A stretch of 64,000 nt of DNA from Candidatus Nanoarchaeia archaeon (GTDB lineage: Archaea; Nanobdellota; Nanobdellia; SCGC-AAA011-G17; JAFCDX01): positions 402,471 through 466,470 of the forward strand of contig JAQUOT010000001.1 of assembly GCA_028716945.1 (NCBI GenBank). Direction: 5' to 3'. The first letter of the stretch is position 1. Every line of letters begins with the position of its first letter. The notes under the pieces are model-generated. The model had not been told where the DNA came from, did not search any database, and was given only the letters and a program-made list of their open reading frames with translations. Shown here one piece after another: positions 45,902 through 55,454 of the stretch. The position numbers and the translations under genes are program-made.

Positions 45902-45973
45902 TGGGTCTACTGGGATTCGAACCCAGATCAACTCGTCCGAGGCGAGACATGCTATCCATTGCACTATAGACCC
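45902..45973 (-). tRNA. tRNA, probably Arg(UCG), with unusual C at position 33
   Basis: GGGUCUA-UA-GUGC-AAUGGAUA-GCAU-G-UCUCG-CCUCGGA-CGAGU-UGAU-CUGGG-UUCGAAU-CCCAG-UAGACCC-A; 72 nt; no intron. Confidence 0.5.
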
Positions 45974-46042
45974 AAAATCCTAAAGAGAAACCTATTTATA
46001 TAATATATACCTTCTAAAACTAAGGATTTAAGAGGTGTAAAA

Positions 46043-47413
46043 ATTTCATTAGATAAGTTTTTTAATCCAAGTTCAATAGCAGTTATAGGTGTTTCTAGGG
46101 AAGAAAATAAGGTTGGTCATGTAGTATTCAATAACCTTATTTCGAGCTTTAAAGGCAAAATATATGGTGTAAACCCTAATGCAGATTATGTTTTAGGTTT
46201 CAAGTCTCATTCTAGTATTAAGGATATTAAAGACCCTGTAGAACTAGCTATTATCTGTATACCTGCAGGTTTTGTTTTAGAAGCAGTCAAAGATTGTGCT
46301 AAAAAAGGGGTAAAAAATGTATTAATCATAAGTTCTGGTTTTTCAGAAATTGGAAATATTGATCTTGAAAATCAATTAAAAGATTTGTTAAACAAAAATA
46401 ATATGCAAGCAGTTGGAGTAAATTGTTTGGGTGTTTTAGATACTTTTTCAAGTTTAGATACAATATTTATCCCAAAAAATAGAATGAAGCGTCCAAGAAA
46501 GGGATATATTTCTTTTGTTACTCAATCTGGAGCTTTAGGTTTAGCTTTGCTAGATTTACTTGCAACAGAAAACTATGGATTTTCAAAATTCGTTTCTTAT
46601 GGTAATGGTACAAATGTTGATGAAGCAGATTATTTAGAATTTTTAAAAGATGATGAAAATACAAAAGTAATTTGTGTTTATATTGAAGCAGTAAAAGATG
46701 GAAAAAAATTCATGAAAATTGCTTCTGAAGTTGCAAAGAAAAAACCTGTTATAATAATCAAGGGAGGAAAAACAGAAAAAGGAGCACAAGCAGCTTTATC
46801 TCATACTGGTTCTTTAGCAGGTTCTCAAGAAATTTATTCTTCTGTGTTCAAACAATGCAAATTAATTGAAGTAAACACTTTAAGAGAAATGTTTAATCTT
46901 GCTAAACTATTTGAAAAATTAGAATTGATGAATTTAAAACCCAAAGGTAAAAAAATACAAATCATTACAAATGGTGGAGGATATGGAATATTAACTGCAG
47001 ATTCTGTTTCAGAAAATAATTTGGAATTACCAGAAATTTCAATTAATTTGAAAAAAGAATTGAAGAAAAAATTAGCTCCAATAGTAACAGTAAAAAATCC
47101 TTTAGATTTAACAGGAATTGCTAAAGATTCTGATTATAAATTTGTATTAGAAAATTGTATTAAAGAAAAAGATATAGATATATTATTAACCATTGTTTTA
47201 CCTCAAACGCCGTTGATATCTGAAAACATAGTAAATTTATTTTCAGAAATTAATAATCAAAAGAAAAAACCTTTAGTTGTTATTTCTACAGGAGGAGATT
47301 TTACTAAATTTATTAAAAATAGAATGGAAGACCAAAATATTCCTGTGTTTGAATTCCCCGGAGATGCAGTAAAAGCTATTAAAAGAATGGTAGATTATTA
47401 TAATAAGAATTAA
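46043..47413 (+). CDS. acdA: ADP-forming acetyl-CoA synthetase alpha subunit; start codon uncertain (no in-frame ATG/GTG/TTG upstream of the CoA-binding domain)
   Basis: PSSIAVIGVSREENKVGHVVFNNL ... VNPN (CoA-binding) and VTQSGALGLALLDL. The frame is open from 46019. The only plausible start is ATT at 46043, 6 nt after AAGAGGTG. The track ORF begins at an internal Met (46385). Confidence 0.65.
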   Translation: MSLDKFFNPSSIAVIGVSREENKVGHVVFNNLISSFKGKIYGVNPNADYVLGFKSHSSIKDIKDPVELAIICIPAGFVLEAVKDCAKKGVKNVLIISSGFSEIGNIDLENQLKDLLNKNNMQAVGVNCLGVLDTFSSLDTIFIPKNRMKRPRKGYISFVTQSGALGLALLDLLATENYGFSKFVSYGNGTNVDEADYLEFLKDDENTKVICVYIEAVKDGKKFMKIASEVAKKKPVIIIKGGKTEKGAQAALSHTGSLAGSQEIYSSVFKQCKLIEVNTLREMFNLAKLFEKLELMNLKPKGKKIQIITNGGGYGILTADSVSENNLELPEISINLKKELKKKLAPIVTVKNPLDLTGIAKDSDYKFVLENCIKEKDIDILLTIVLPQTPLISENIVNLFSEINNQKKKPLVVISTGGDFTKFIKNRMEDQNIPVFEFPGDAVKAIKRMVDYYNKN

Positions 47414-48039
47414 ATTTCGTTTTTTCCTTTGTAACGTCCACGTTTCTCAACTTTTTCAAGTTGTTTTATAATTTCATTGTAATTTGTAGATTTTTCTTTA
47501 TAACCTTTTAAGAAATTTTCATAAGATTTTTCAAAATGAGTATAATGTTTTGATTCAAGTGCTTGTTTAAACAAGTGTATATCTACTGCCTTGTCTTCAT
47601 TTTTAATAGAAAAGAATCCTAAACCAAAATCAATGAAATAAATTTTTTCATCTTTTAATATCATATTACTTGTTGTTAAATCTCCATGAATTATATTTTC
47701 ATTATGTAACAAAGCAGTTTGATTTCCAATGATTTTTAATAATGTTTCACGTTCTTTATCATTAATAGAATCTAGATATTCAGATAATTTTTTACCATCA
47801 ATGAATTCCATATGAATTTGCATGGTTTTATCATTAGAATCAAGGACTTTTGGTATTGGTATTACTTTAGAAGCTTTTTCTAGTAATTTGGTTTCAGATC
47901 TTGTTCTTAATTTTCTTATTTTATCATCAATCTCTTTTATTCTATACTTTTTAACAATCCTATCTTTTACTAAAACTCCATCTTCATGCTTTAATACTGC
48001 TTCAGCACCTTGTCCAATTATCATCTTTTTTAATAACAA
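47410..48039 (-). CDS. bud32: KEOPS complex kinase Bud32
   Basis: IIHGDLTTSNMIL and IDFGL kinase motifs; short RIO-like kinase, 209 aa. Confidence 0.8.
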   Translation of the reverse strand: MLLKKMIIGQGAEAVLKHEDGVLVKDRIVKKYRIKEIDDKIRKLRTRSETKLLEKASKVIPIPKVLDSNDKTMQIHMEFIDGKKLSEYLDSINDKERETLLKIIGNQTALLHNENIIHGDLTTSNMILKDEKIYFIDFGLGFFSIKNEDKAVDIHLFKQALESKHYTHFEKSYENFLKGYKEKSTNYNEIIKQLEKVEKRGRYKGKNEI

Positions 48040-48107
48040 ATTAAATTTAAAAACCTTCGTATAGATAACTTTATAAAATTAAAAATTAGATATTTTATAG
48101 GTGTTAC

Positions 48108-49016
48108 ATGGTAAAAAGAGGATTAATAAACACAGTTTTAATGGTTTTATTATTTTTAATAACTATCTCTTCTGTTAAAGCAATGGGAATTGGAATGTGT
48201 TTAGAAGCACATATTACAGATATAAGTCCAACTTCAATAGATGTAGGAGAAGAATTTACAGTAGGAATTTTAATAGATAATTGTGGTTATACTGTTCCTC
48301 CTTATGTTACTTTTGAATTAAGAGAAGTAAGCCCTTACATGCAAGTTCTTGAACCCTTAAAACAACAAATAGAAAAAGTAGGTTATGCAACAAGTGATAG
48401 ATTTTTACTTTTCCATATAAAACCTACAGATGATGTTGTTCCAGGAACTTACGTTTTCAAATATAGATTAACTTATGGAAGTTTAAATGCAACAATAAAT
48501 AATGATGGAGAATTTTCTGTTAAAATAATAGGGGACAAAGCCAAATTAAATATCGCTTCAATGAAAACAAAACCAACTTTACCTAAAGAAGGAGAAGAAG
48601 TTGAATTAACTTTAAGAGTAGAAAACTATGGAGAGGGAAGTGCAAATTCAATTAAAATAATATTAGATCATCCTTTTGAAGGAATAAAAGAATCTTTTTT
48701 AGGTACTTTAGATTCTAATGAAGATGGTCCTGCTGTATTTACTTTTATTGCTCCAAAAGAAGGAGAATATAAAATTCCAGTATTAATTACCTATAAAGAT
48801 GATTTAGGTAGTCATGAAGTTAAGTCAGAAGTTAATGTAACTATTTTAAATAAACCAACAAATATTTTTAGAATATTATTAATAATCCTTACAGCAGGAT
48901 TAATAGGATATATAATTTATTATTTAATACAAATTGCTGAGAAAAAAGAAATTATAATAAAACAATTAATGAATGGAAATAATATTAAAAAAGAAAGAAC
49001 TTCTAAAAAGAAATAA
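48108..49016 (+). CDS. secreted cell-surface protein with beta-sandwich repeats and C-terminal TM anchor
   Basis: Signal peptide VLMVLLFLITISSVKA; CARDB/COG1361-like segment VELTLRVENYGEGSANSIKI; C-terminal TM ILLIILTAGLIGYIIYYLI with a basic tail. Confidence 0.5.
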   Translation: MVKRGLINTVLMVLLFLITISSVKAMGIGMCLEAHITDISPTSIDVGEEFTVGILIDNCGYTVPPYVTFELREVSPYMQVLEPLKQQIEKVGYATSDRFLLFHIKPTDDVVPGTYVFKYRLTYGSLNATINNDGEFSVKIIGDKAKLNIASMKTKPTLPKEGEEVELTLRVENYGEGSANSIKIILDHPFEGIKESFLGTLDSNEDGPAVFTFIAPKEGEYKIPVLITYKDDLGSHEVKSEVNVTILNKPTNIFRILLIILTAGLIGYIIYYLIQIAEKKEIIIKQLMNGNNIKKERTSKKK

Positions 49017-49018
49017 AA

Positions 49019-50230
49019 ATGTGGAAGGATGTAAAAGTAGGATTTGTTTTAGCTTCAAATACTTTAAAGAGAGGAAATAAAAAAACCACAATTTTTACTA
49101 TCATTGTTCTAGCTTTAATTTTTATCAATTTTGTTTTTTTGCCTGCTATGATAAATGGTATGCAGGGGATTTTTATTAATACTATGACTGATTACGTTTA
49201 TGGTTCAATTACAATAGAACCTTTAGAAGATCATCCTTATATTACAAGTGCAGATACTTTACTTAAAAAAATAACAAGTGTAACTGGAGTTCTTGCAGCA
49301 ACAAAAAGACTAGGAGCAGGAGCCACGATTACGTACAAAGAAAAATATGTTGGTTCAAATATTTATGGAATAATTCCGGGAGAAGAATCTCAAATTTCTA
49401 AATTTCAAGAGGTCATGCGTGAAGGTGATTTTTTAACTGAAATGTCTCGTGATGAAATCGTTCTTGGTAATTATGTTTCTGGAGAAGAAGGAGGACCTGA
49501 ATTATTAAAGGGCCTTGGGGGGGTTACAACAGGAACAATAGTTAATGTAACTTATAATAATGGTGTAACAAAACAATACAAAGTTAAAGGAATTTTTAAA
49601 GGAGGTTCAGAAGTTTCAGATACAGTAGCTTTAGTTCATTTCAAAGAATTAGAAGATATACTTGGAGTGCAAGGACAAGACAAAGCTTCTACTATAATTG
49701 TTAAAACAAATATTATTGGTATAGAACCCGAAGTAAAAGAAGAATTAATTTATCTTGGTGTAAAAGAAAAGATAGATACTTGGCAAGAAAAAATTAAAGA
49801 TGTTTTAAAAGATGCAATGCAAATATTTTCTTTGTTAACAATAAGTTCAAGAGTTGTTGGTATGATAATTGCAGTTTTTGTATTGTTTATGATGATTTAT
49901 ATTAATACTGTAAACAAGAGAAAACAAATTGGAATTTTAAAAGCAATAGGTATTACAGAGCAATCTATAATTTATTCAAGAATATTTATGAGTGTTTTTT
50001 ATGCAATTGGAGGAATAATTTTAGGTTCAATAATATTATTATTTTTATTATTATACTTTAAAGAAAATCCAATCCACTTTTATGAAACAATGTCTTTTTC
50101 GCCTGTATTGGAACCAAATATAACAATTCAGGCTTTGTTAAGTTTGTTAATTACAAGTTTCTTTGCAGGTTTGATTCCTGCTTGGCTTGTAACAAGAGAA
50201 CCAATATTAAAATCTATATGGGGAAGATAA
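49019..50230 (+). CDS. ABC transporter permease, FtsX/MacB family
   Basis: N-terminal TM, large periplasmic domain, three C-terminal TM helices; 403 aa. Confidence 0.7.
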   Translation: MWKDVKVGFVLASNTLKRGNKKTTIFTIIVLALIFINFVFLPAMINGMQGIFINTMTDYVYGSITIEPLEDHPYITSADTLLKKITSVTGVLAATKRLGAGATITYKEKYVGSNIYGIIPGEESQISKFQEVMREGDFLTEMSRDEIVLGNYVSGEEGGPELLKGLGGVTTGTIVNVTYNNGVTKQYKVKGIFKGGSEVSDTVALVHFKELEDILGVQGQDKASTIIVKTNIIGIEPEVKEELIYLGVKEKIDTWQEKIKDVLKDAMQIFSLLTISSRVVGMIIAVFVLFMMIYINTVNKRKQIGILKAIGITEQSIIYSRIFMSVFYAIGGIILGSIILLFLLLYFKENPIHFYETMSFSPVLEPNITIQALLSLLITSFFAGLIPAWLVTREPILKSIWGR

Positions 50231-50232
50231 AA

Positions 50233-50916
50233 ATGATGAAGGTTAAAAATTTAATTAAAGTCTACAATCCTGAAACAATTCCAGTACATGCAGTAAATGG
50301 AATTTCTTTTGAAATAGAAAAAGGAGATTTTGTGGCAATAATTGGAGCATCTGGCTCTGGAAAGTCTACTTTATTACATATGCTTGGTTTGCTCGATCTT
50401 CCTACAAAAGGAGAATACACAATAAATAATTTAAATATAGTAAAATTACCAGAAGAAGAAAAAACTCTTTATAGATTATTACAAATAGGATATGTATTTC
50501 AAGAATATGCTTTGGTAGAAGAAATGACTGCTTTGGGAAATGTTTCTATACCTTTGATAATGCAAGGAAAATCAAAAAAAGAAGCTGAAAAATTGGCTAA
50601 AGAAGCATTAGATATTGTTGGATTAAGAGGAATGTATAATAGAACAGAAGATCAGTTATCTGGAGGAGAAAGACAAAGAGTTGCTATTGCTAGAGCCATA
50701 GTTGCAAAACCAAAAATATTATTTGCAGATGAACCTTGTGCTAATCTTGATTCAAAAACTTCTGAACAGGTTTTAGAGGTTTTTAAAAAATTAAATCATG
50801 AACTAAAATTAACTATTATTATGGTTACACATGAAGAATGGCATATTAAATATGCTGATAGAGTCATAAAACTTAGAGATGGTGTAATAGAATACGATAA
50901 AAGAAAAAACCATTAG
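50233..50916 (+). CDS. ABC transporter ATP-binding protein (MacB/LolD-like)
   Basis: Walker A GASGSGKST, signature LSGGERQRVAIARA, Walker B ILFADEP. Start placed at ATGATG 50233 rather than the overlapping upstream extension. Confidence 0.85.
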   Translation: MMKVKNLIKVYNPETIPVHAVNGISFEIEKGDFVAIIGASGSGKSTLLHMLGLLDLPTKGEYTINNLNIVKLPEEEKTLYRLLQIGYVFQEYALVEEMTALGNVSIPLIMQGKSKKEAEKLAKEALDIVGLRGMYNRTEDQLSGGERQRVAIARAIVAKPKILFADEPCANLDSKTSEQVLEVFKKLNHELKLTIIMVTHEEWHIKYADRVIKLRDGVIEYDKRKNH

Positions 50917-50944
50917 ATTTATAAGATTTATTACTATCTCCTTT

Positions 50945-51283
50945 ATGGGAGTAAAAATGAAATATATACCAATACTTTTAGTTTTAAGCCTATTATTTTT
51001 GGGCGGATGTGCAGAAAAAACAGGTATGGTTACAGCGGAAACTATTAAAGTAGAAGTAAGTGATGCTGGTTATTCGCCTGCAGAAGTTACTATAAACATA
51101 GGAGACACTATTTCTTGGGTAAATATGGGAACAAATGCTCATACAATTACTACAAAAGATAGATATCTAGACCTGTCAGCATATCCAAATCAAATAGTTA
51201 CAAAAACTTTTGATAAAACTGGAACTTACGAGTACTATTGTAAGATGCACCCAAACATGAAAGGAACAGTAATAGTACAATAA
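50945..51283 (+). CDS. cupredoxin-like (plastocyanin/amicyanin-type) lipoprotein
   Basis: Lipobox LFLGGC; the C-terminal YYCKMHPNMKG carries the Cys, His and Met of a type-1 copper site; His in VNMGTNAHTI. Confidence 0.55.
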   Translation: MGVKMKYIPILLVLSLLFLGGCAEKTGMVTAETIKVEVSDAGYSPAEVTINIGDTISWVNMGTNAHTITTKDRYLDLSAYPNQIVTKTFDKTGTYEYYCKMHPNMKGTVIVQ

Positions 51284-51427
51284 GCCTATTTAAATTCATT
51301 TTTAAAAGACTTTTAATCTATTTAATTAACTTTATATACAAGTTATTTATAGGAAATAATGAGTATACTTTAATTTTTTAATTAAATTAGAGTATAACTA
51401 AATTAACAAGGTGTAAAAACAAACAAA

Positions 51428-51628
51428 ATGGAAAGAAGCGGAAATAGAAGATTTGGTGGCGGAGGCGGTGGATTCCACAAGAGTTTTGGACCCCGTGAGA
51501 TGCACAAAGCTGTATGCAGCGACTGTGGTAAGGAATGCGAAGTTCCTTTTAAGCCAAGCAATGATGCTGATGGTAACCCAAGACCTGTATATTGTAGAGA
51601 TTGCTACCAAAAACATAAAAAGTTCTAA
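51428..51628 (+). CDS. small Gly-rich zinc-ribbon protein; GC-rich island
   Basis: 66 aa: RRFGGGGGGFHKSF then CSDCGKECEV ... YCRDCYQ (two CxxC pairs). Local GC is far above the flanking sequence. AGGTG lies about 14 nt upstream. Confidence 0.45.
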   Translation: MERSGNRRFGGGGGGFHKSFGPREMHKAVCSDCGKECEVPFKPSNDADGNPRPVYCRDCYQKHKKF

Positions 51629-51667
51629 GTATTTAGAATAAGTATAAGTTTTTGTTAAATTCTTTTT

Positions 51668-52348
51668 TTATTTTTTTATTATTTCAATATGTTCTATTGT
51701 GTAAACTCCAGAATTATCTTTGAATTCTTTTTTTGCTTTTAAAATATTAATTTTTTTCTTAAATATCGGTCCATTAATTACTAAAGTTTCTGCTTCTCCA
51801 CCTTCAAAACCTAAATGAAATTGATATTTTTTACTTAATTTTTTTAATTCTTCTAAATTCTTTAAATCAATTTTTTTACCTAACCAAGATTCATCTAAAC
51901 CTTGCGCTGCAACAGCAGTTATTATTATTTCAAAGCCATTTTTTATTAATTCATTCCAATATTCTTCTATATTTTTTTTCCACAAAGGATTTATACATTT
52001 TATATTCAATTTATCACAAATTTTTTGAATTCTAGAACTTTGATAAACAGATTCAATTGCTCCTGTAACTAAACCTTCAATTTTATATTTTTTAATTGCT
52101 TCTTTAATTACTTTTTCAAGATCTTTTAGCTCTTCTTCTTTAATTCCTTTGGTTTCTTGTATTATTATTGGTAAATCTAAGCATTCTGCTTGTTTTTCAA
52201 CTAAATTTATGTTAGGAGTATGAAACATATAACTCTCTTTGTTTTTAGACATTAAAGAAATTAAACAAACCACTTCATGTTCTTGCATAGCCTTAAATAA
52301 AGCATAACAAGAATCTTTTCCACCAGAAAATAAAACACCAAGTTTCAT
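51668..52348 (-). CDS. dph6: diphthine-ammonia ligase Dph6-like PP-loop ATPase
   Basis: PP-loop VLFSGGKDS at the N-terminus; MJ0570-family layout; 226 aa. Confidence 0.65.
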   Translation of the reverse strand: MKLGVLFSGGKDSCYALFKAMQEHEVVCLISLMSKNKESYMFHTPNINLVEKQAECLDLPIIIQETKGIKEEELKDLEKVIKEAIKKYKIEGLVTGAIESVYQSSRIQKICDKLNIKCINPLWKKNIEEYWNELIKNGFEIIITAVAAQGLDESWLGKKIDLKNLEELKKLSKKYQFHLGFEGGEAETLVINGPIFKKKINILKAKKEFKDNSGVYTIEHIEIIKK

Positions 52349-52352
52349 AGAA

Positions 52353-53402
52353 TTAATCTTCGTCTTCTTTTATTTCTTTTTTTAATTCTTTTATCTCTTC
52401 TTTTTTCTTCGCTTTTTTCTTTCGTACTTTTTTATGAATCTCAGTAAGTTGTACTTTTTGTTTAAATGTAAGTAATCTATCTTTTCCTTTTTGATGTAAT
52501 TCCATTATTTTTTTCTTATTTATATGGTTTCCAATCAATTTATATGCAGTTAATATTGAGACTAAAGCTGCAGCAATACCAGCAATATAAGTTAAATTTT
52601 CTTTAATTTTTTGACCTAAAGTTTTTTCTTGTTTTTTAGCACCACTTAATTTTTCTTTTAAATCAGTTACGGTTTCAGAAGCCAAGTCTAAACTTATTTT
52701 TGCATTTTTATAATTTTCTTGATAGAAATAAGTTTGTGCACTTTTAATATTAGTATTAATATCTTCTAAATCGCCTTTGTAAATATCAACTGGGAAACCT
52801 TCTAATTTTTTATTTTGATATTCTTGTTCTAATAAATTATATTCTTTTTTTAATGCAGCTAAAGTAGTTGATAATTCTGTAATATTAAATGTTTCAGTAG
52901 GTTGTTTTTCTTCTTCTACAACATATATACTTTTGATATCTTGTTTTAATAATTCATCATCTACATATAATTTTATAACTAAATCTATACTTCCAGATTT
53001 GGAAGCATCTATTTTTACAAAAGTATAATCTTTTTGACCTACAGGTAATTTATCTATAGGTATTTCTTCTTGTGTTTCAATTCCATTTCCAGACAATTTA
53101 GCATATACATTTGCTAAATCTTGTTCTCCCATATTTTTTAAAAGAATATTAATTTGATTTAATCCTAATTGTATTTTTTCTGGAGAAATTTTTTCAATGC
53201 TTAAATCTTCTTTACATTCATAACCTTCTTTATGACAGATTTCATTATCACATTTTATACAAGCTTCATCACATCGTGTTTCATTGCAGACAGTAATTGT
53301 TTCAGTAGGAGGTTCAGTTCCATTAGTTGGCAAAGTTTCTTCTGCAAAAACAATTCCCATACTTAAAATTAAAAATAAAATTATTATACCTAATTTCTTC
53401 AT
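52353..53402 (-). CDS. secreted Cys-rich surface protein with C-terminal TM and K/E tail
   Basis: Signal peptide; CNETRCDEACIKCDNEICHKEGYECKE; TM LTYIAGIAAALVSILTAY; 349 aa. Confidence 0.45.
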   Translation of the reverse strand: MKKLGIIILFLILSMGIVFAEETLPTNGTEPPTETITVCNETRCDEACIKCDNEICHKEGYECKEDLSIEKISPEKIQLGLNQINILLKNMGEQDLANVYAKLSGNGIETQEEIPIDKLPVGQKDYTFVKIDASKSGSIDLVIKLYVDDELLKQDIKSIYVVEEEKQPTETFNITELSTTLAALKKEYNLLEQEYQNKKLEGFPVDIYKGDLEDINTNIKSAQTYFYQENYKNAKISLDLASETVTDLKEKLSGAKKQEKTLGQKIKENLTYIAGIAAALVSILTAYKLIGNHINKKKIMELHQKGKDRLLTFKQKVQLTEIHKKVRKKKAKKKEEIKELKKEIKEDED

Positions 53403-53565
53403 TTTTATATCATCTCTATATAATTATTTTTAATATAAGTTACTTAAAAATCTTTCGGTTTTAAACTCAGTTTTAATGGTTTAAATGCCTTTTAAATTAA
53501 AAACTTTCTTTTAATAAAATATATAAACCTATTACAACTTCTTAATATAATAAAAAGAGGTTAAA

Positions 53566-53838
53566 ATGGAAAAATTTGTAAAATTAAATGCTCTAAAATT
53601 CGCATTAGCTGCCGGAATTTGGCTTGGAATATGTTTTATGTTTACAACCATTTCTAGTTTAGTTGGAGTTCCTGGATTAACTGATTTTAGTAAAATTCTT
53701 GTTTCTTGGTATGGTTGGTGGGGATATTCAATCTCAATTCAAGGAATTTTTATTGGAACATTTTATGGATTTATAGAAGGATTTGTACACTTTGGAATAT
53801 TTGCTTTGATATATAATAAACTTTTAAGTTGGAAATAA
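53566..53838 (+). CDS. small membrane protein
   Basis: 90 aa, three TM helices. Confidence 0.35.
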   Translation: MEKFVKLNALKFALAAGIWLGICFMFTTISSLVGVPGLTDFSKILVSWYGWWGYSISIQGIFIGTFYGFIEGFVHFGIFALIYNKLLSWK

Positions 53839-53839
53839 A

Positions 53840-54112
53840 ATGACAAAAAAACATTTTTCTGCAGAAGAAGCTAAAAAAATAGGTGAAAAATTAGGAATTA
53901 AATGGGATAAATGGGATGTTGAACAGTTTAGAATGGGGATGGATGTTGAATTAGAACATGGAACAATAAGCCCTAAAACCAATATAACTAATGATGATCC
54001 AATTATGACAGGAAAAATAGCTCTTGCTCATTTAAATGAATTTCCCGATTATTACACCAGGTTGGATAAACTAGAAAAAGAAGCAGATGAATTCTGGGGT
54101 AAAGAAGAATAA
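53840..54112 (+). CDS. hypothetical protein
   Basis: 90 aa, acidic; VEQFRMGMDVELEHG ... DDPIMTGKIALAHLNEFPDYY block; translationally coupled to the upstream ORF. Confidence 0.4.
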   Translation: MTKKHFSAEEAKKIGEKLGIKWDKWDVEQFRMGMDVELEHGTISPKTNITNDDPIMTGKIALAHLNEFPDYYTRLDKLEKEADEFWGKEE

Positions 54113-54146
54113 CACATTTTAAATATTTTTCTTTCTTTCTTTTTAT

Positions 54147-54815
54147 ATGGATGCGATAATCTTAGCAGGGGGTAAGGGATTAAGAATGGATTCTGATGTA
54201 CCTAAAGCTTTAGTTGAAGTAAACAGAAAACCAATATTATTTCGACAACTTAATAAATTAGAAGGAAAAATCGATTCAGTAATGATTTCTTTGGGATATA
54301 AAGCTGAAGAAATAGAATCTGCTTTAATTGATAATTATATATTCAATGGTTTTGAAAATATACTTGTTTCTGCAGAAAAAAAACCTTTGGGAACTGCAGG
54401 AGCTTTAAAATACGCACTTACTCAATTTAAAAAAATAAAAAAAGAACTTTCTCATCATGTTTTAGTTTTTAATTGTGATGATTTAACAGATATAAATATA
54501 GATGAAATGAAAGAAATAAAATATAATACAATTTGCCTTGCTAATCCAATATTACCTTTTGGTTTACCTCATATTCATGGAAAGTATATTGCAGGATTTA
54601 AAGAAAAGCCAAAAATGGAAGATTGGTGGGTTTCTTGTGGTTGGTATGTTTTAAATAAAAATTTAGATATAGACTTACCAAATAAAGGTTCTTTAGAAAA
54701 AGATGTTTTCCCCAAAATGTATACTAGGTATTATAAACATTATGGATATTGGTTCCCTTTAAATAATTTAAAATCCGTTCAAGAATTTGAGAAAACTAAA
54801 ATAAAATTATCTTGA
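54147..54815 (+). CDS. nucleotidyltransferase (sugar-phosphate / MobA-like NTP-transferase fold)
   Basis: MDAIILAGGKGLRM N-terminal NTP-binding motif; 222 aa. Confidence 0.65.
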   Translation: MDAIILAGGKGLRMDSDVPKALVEVNRKPILFRQLNKLEGKIDSVMISLGYKAEEIESALIDNYIFNGFENILVSAEKKPLGTAGALKYALTQFKKIKKELSHHVLVFNCDDLTDINIDEMKEIKYNTICLANPILPFGLPHIHGKYIAGFKEKPKMEDWWVSCGWYVLNKNLDIDLPNKGSLEKDVFPKMYTRYYKHYGYWFPLNNLKSVQEFEKTKIKLS

Positions 54816-55454
54816 TTTTATAACACCAACTCTTTTACAATATTTTCTTACAGGACAAATTGAACATTTTGGTGAAATAGGAACACAGATTGACTTTCCA
54901 AACAAAATTATCGTTGTATTAAATTCCATCCAGTATTTTCTTGGTAATATTTTCATTAATTCTAATTCGGTTTGTTCTGGAGTTTTAGTTTTAACCCAAC
55001 CCAATCTATTAGGTATTCTATGGCAATGAACGTCTATGGGTAGAACTTCTTGTCCATAAGCAAAAGATAGTACAATATTTGCAGTTTTAGGTCCAATTCC
55101 TTTAATAGATAACAAATCTTCTTTATTACTAGGTACTTTTGAATTAAACCTTTCGATTAATTCTTTAGAAACAGATTTTAAAACTCTAGATTTTTTCTTG
55201 TAATGCCCAGAACTATAAATTAACTTTTCTAATTTTTTAATGTTTATTTTTACAATGTCTTGAGGAGTTTTTATATGTTCAAATAGTCTAGAAGAGGCAA
55301 TTTCTGTGTTTTTATCCTGTGTTCTTAAAGATAATAAACAAGTAATTAAAACTTTGAAAGGACTTTCTGTTTTAGAAGTTCTTCTAATAGTAGGTTGTCT
55401 ATGACTAACATACGTTTTTAATAAAATATCCATAACTTTTGAAATATTATTCAT
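54807..55454 (-). CDS. nth: endonuclease III-family HhH-GPD DNA glycosylase with 4Fe-4S cluster
   Basis: HhH LLSIKGIGPKTANIVL; C-terminal CVPISPKCSICPVRKYC Cys cluster. Confidence 0.75.
   Translation of the reverse strand: MNNISKVMDILLKTYVSHRQPTIRRTSKTESPFKVLITCLLSLRTQDKNTEIASSRLFEHIKTPQDIVKINIKKLEKLIYSSGHYKKKSRVLKSVSKELIERFNSKVPSNKEDLLSIKGIGPKTANIVLSFAYGQEVLPIDVHCHRIPNRLGWVKTKTPEQTELELMKILPRKYWMEFNTTIILFGKSICVPISPKCSICPVRKYCKRVGVIKSR

Noticed and set aside
50182-50232. Upstream extension of the ABC ATPase ORF overlapping the permease end
   Set aside because: The extension encodes MACNKRTNIKIYMGKIK out of character with ABC ATPases; ATGATG at 50233 gives a canonical N-terminus and tight coupling to the permease.
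51398-51641. Two further ORFs (minus 72 aa, plus 62 aa) overlapping the GC-rich zinc-ribbon gene
   Set aside because: Alternative frames of the same GC-rich island. Only the 66-aa frame has a ribosome-binding site and the paired CxxC motifs.
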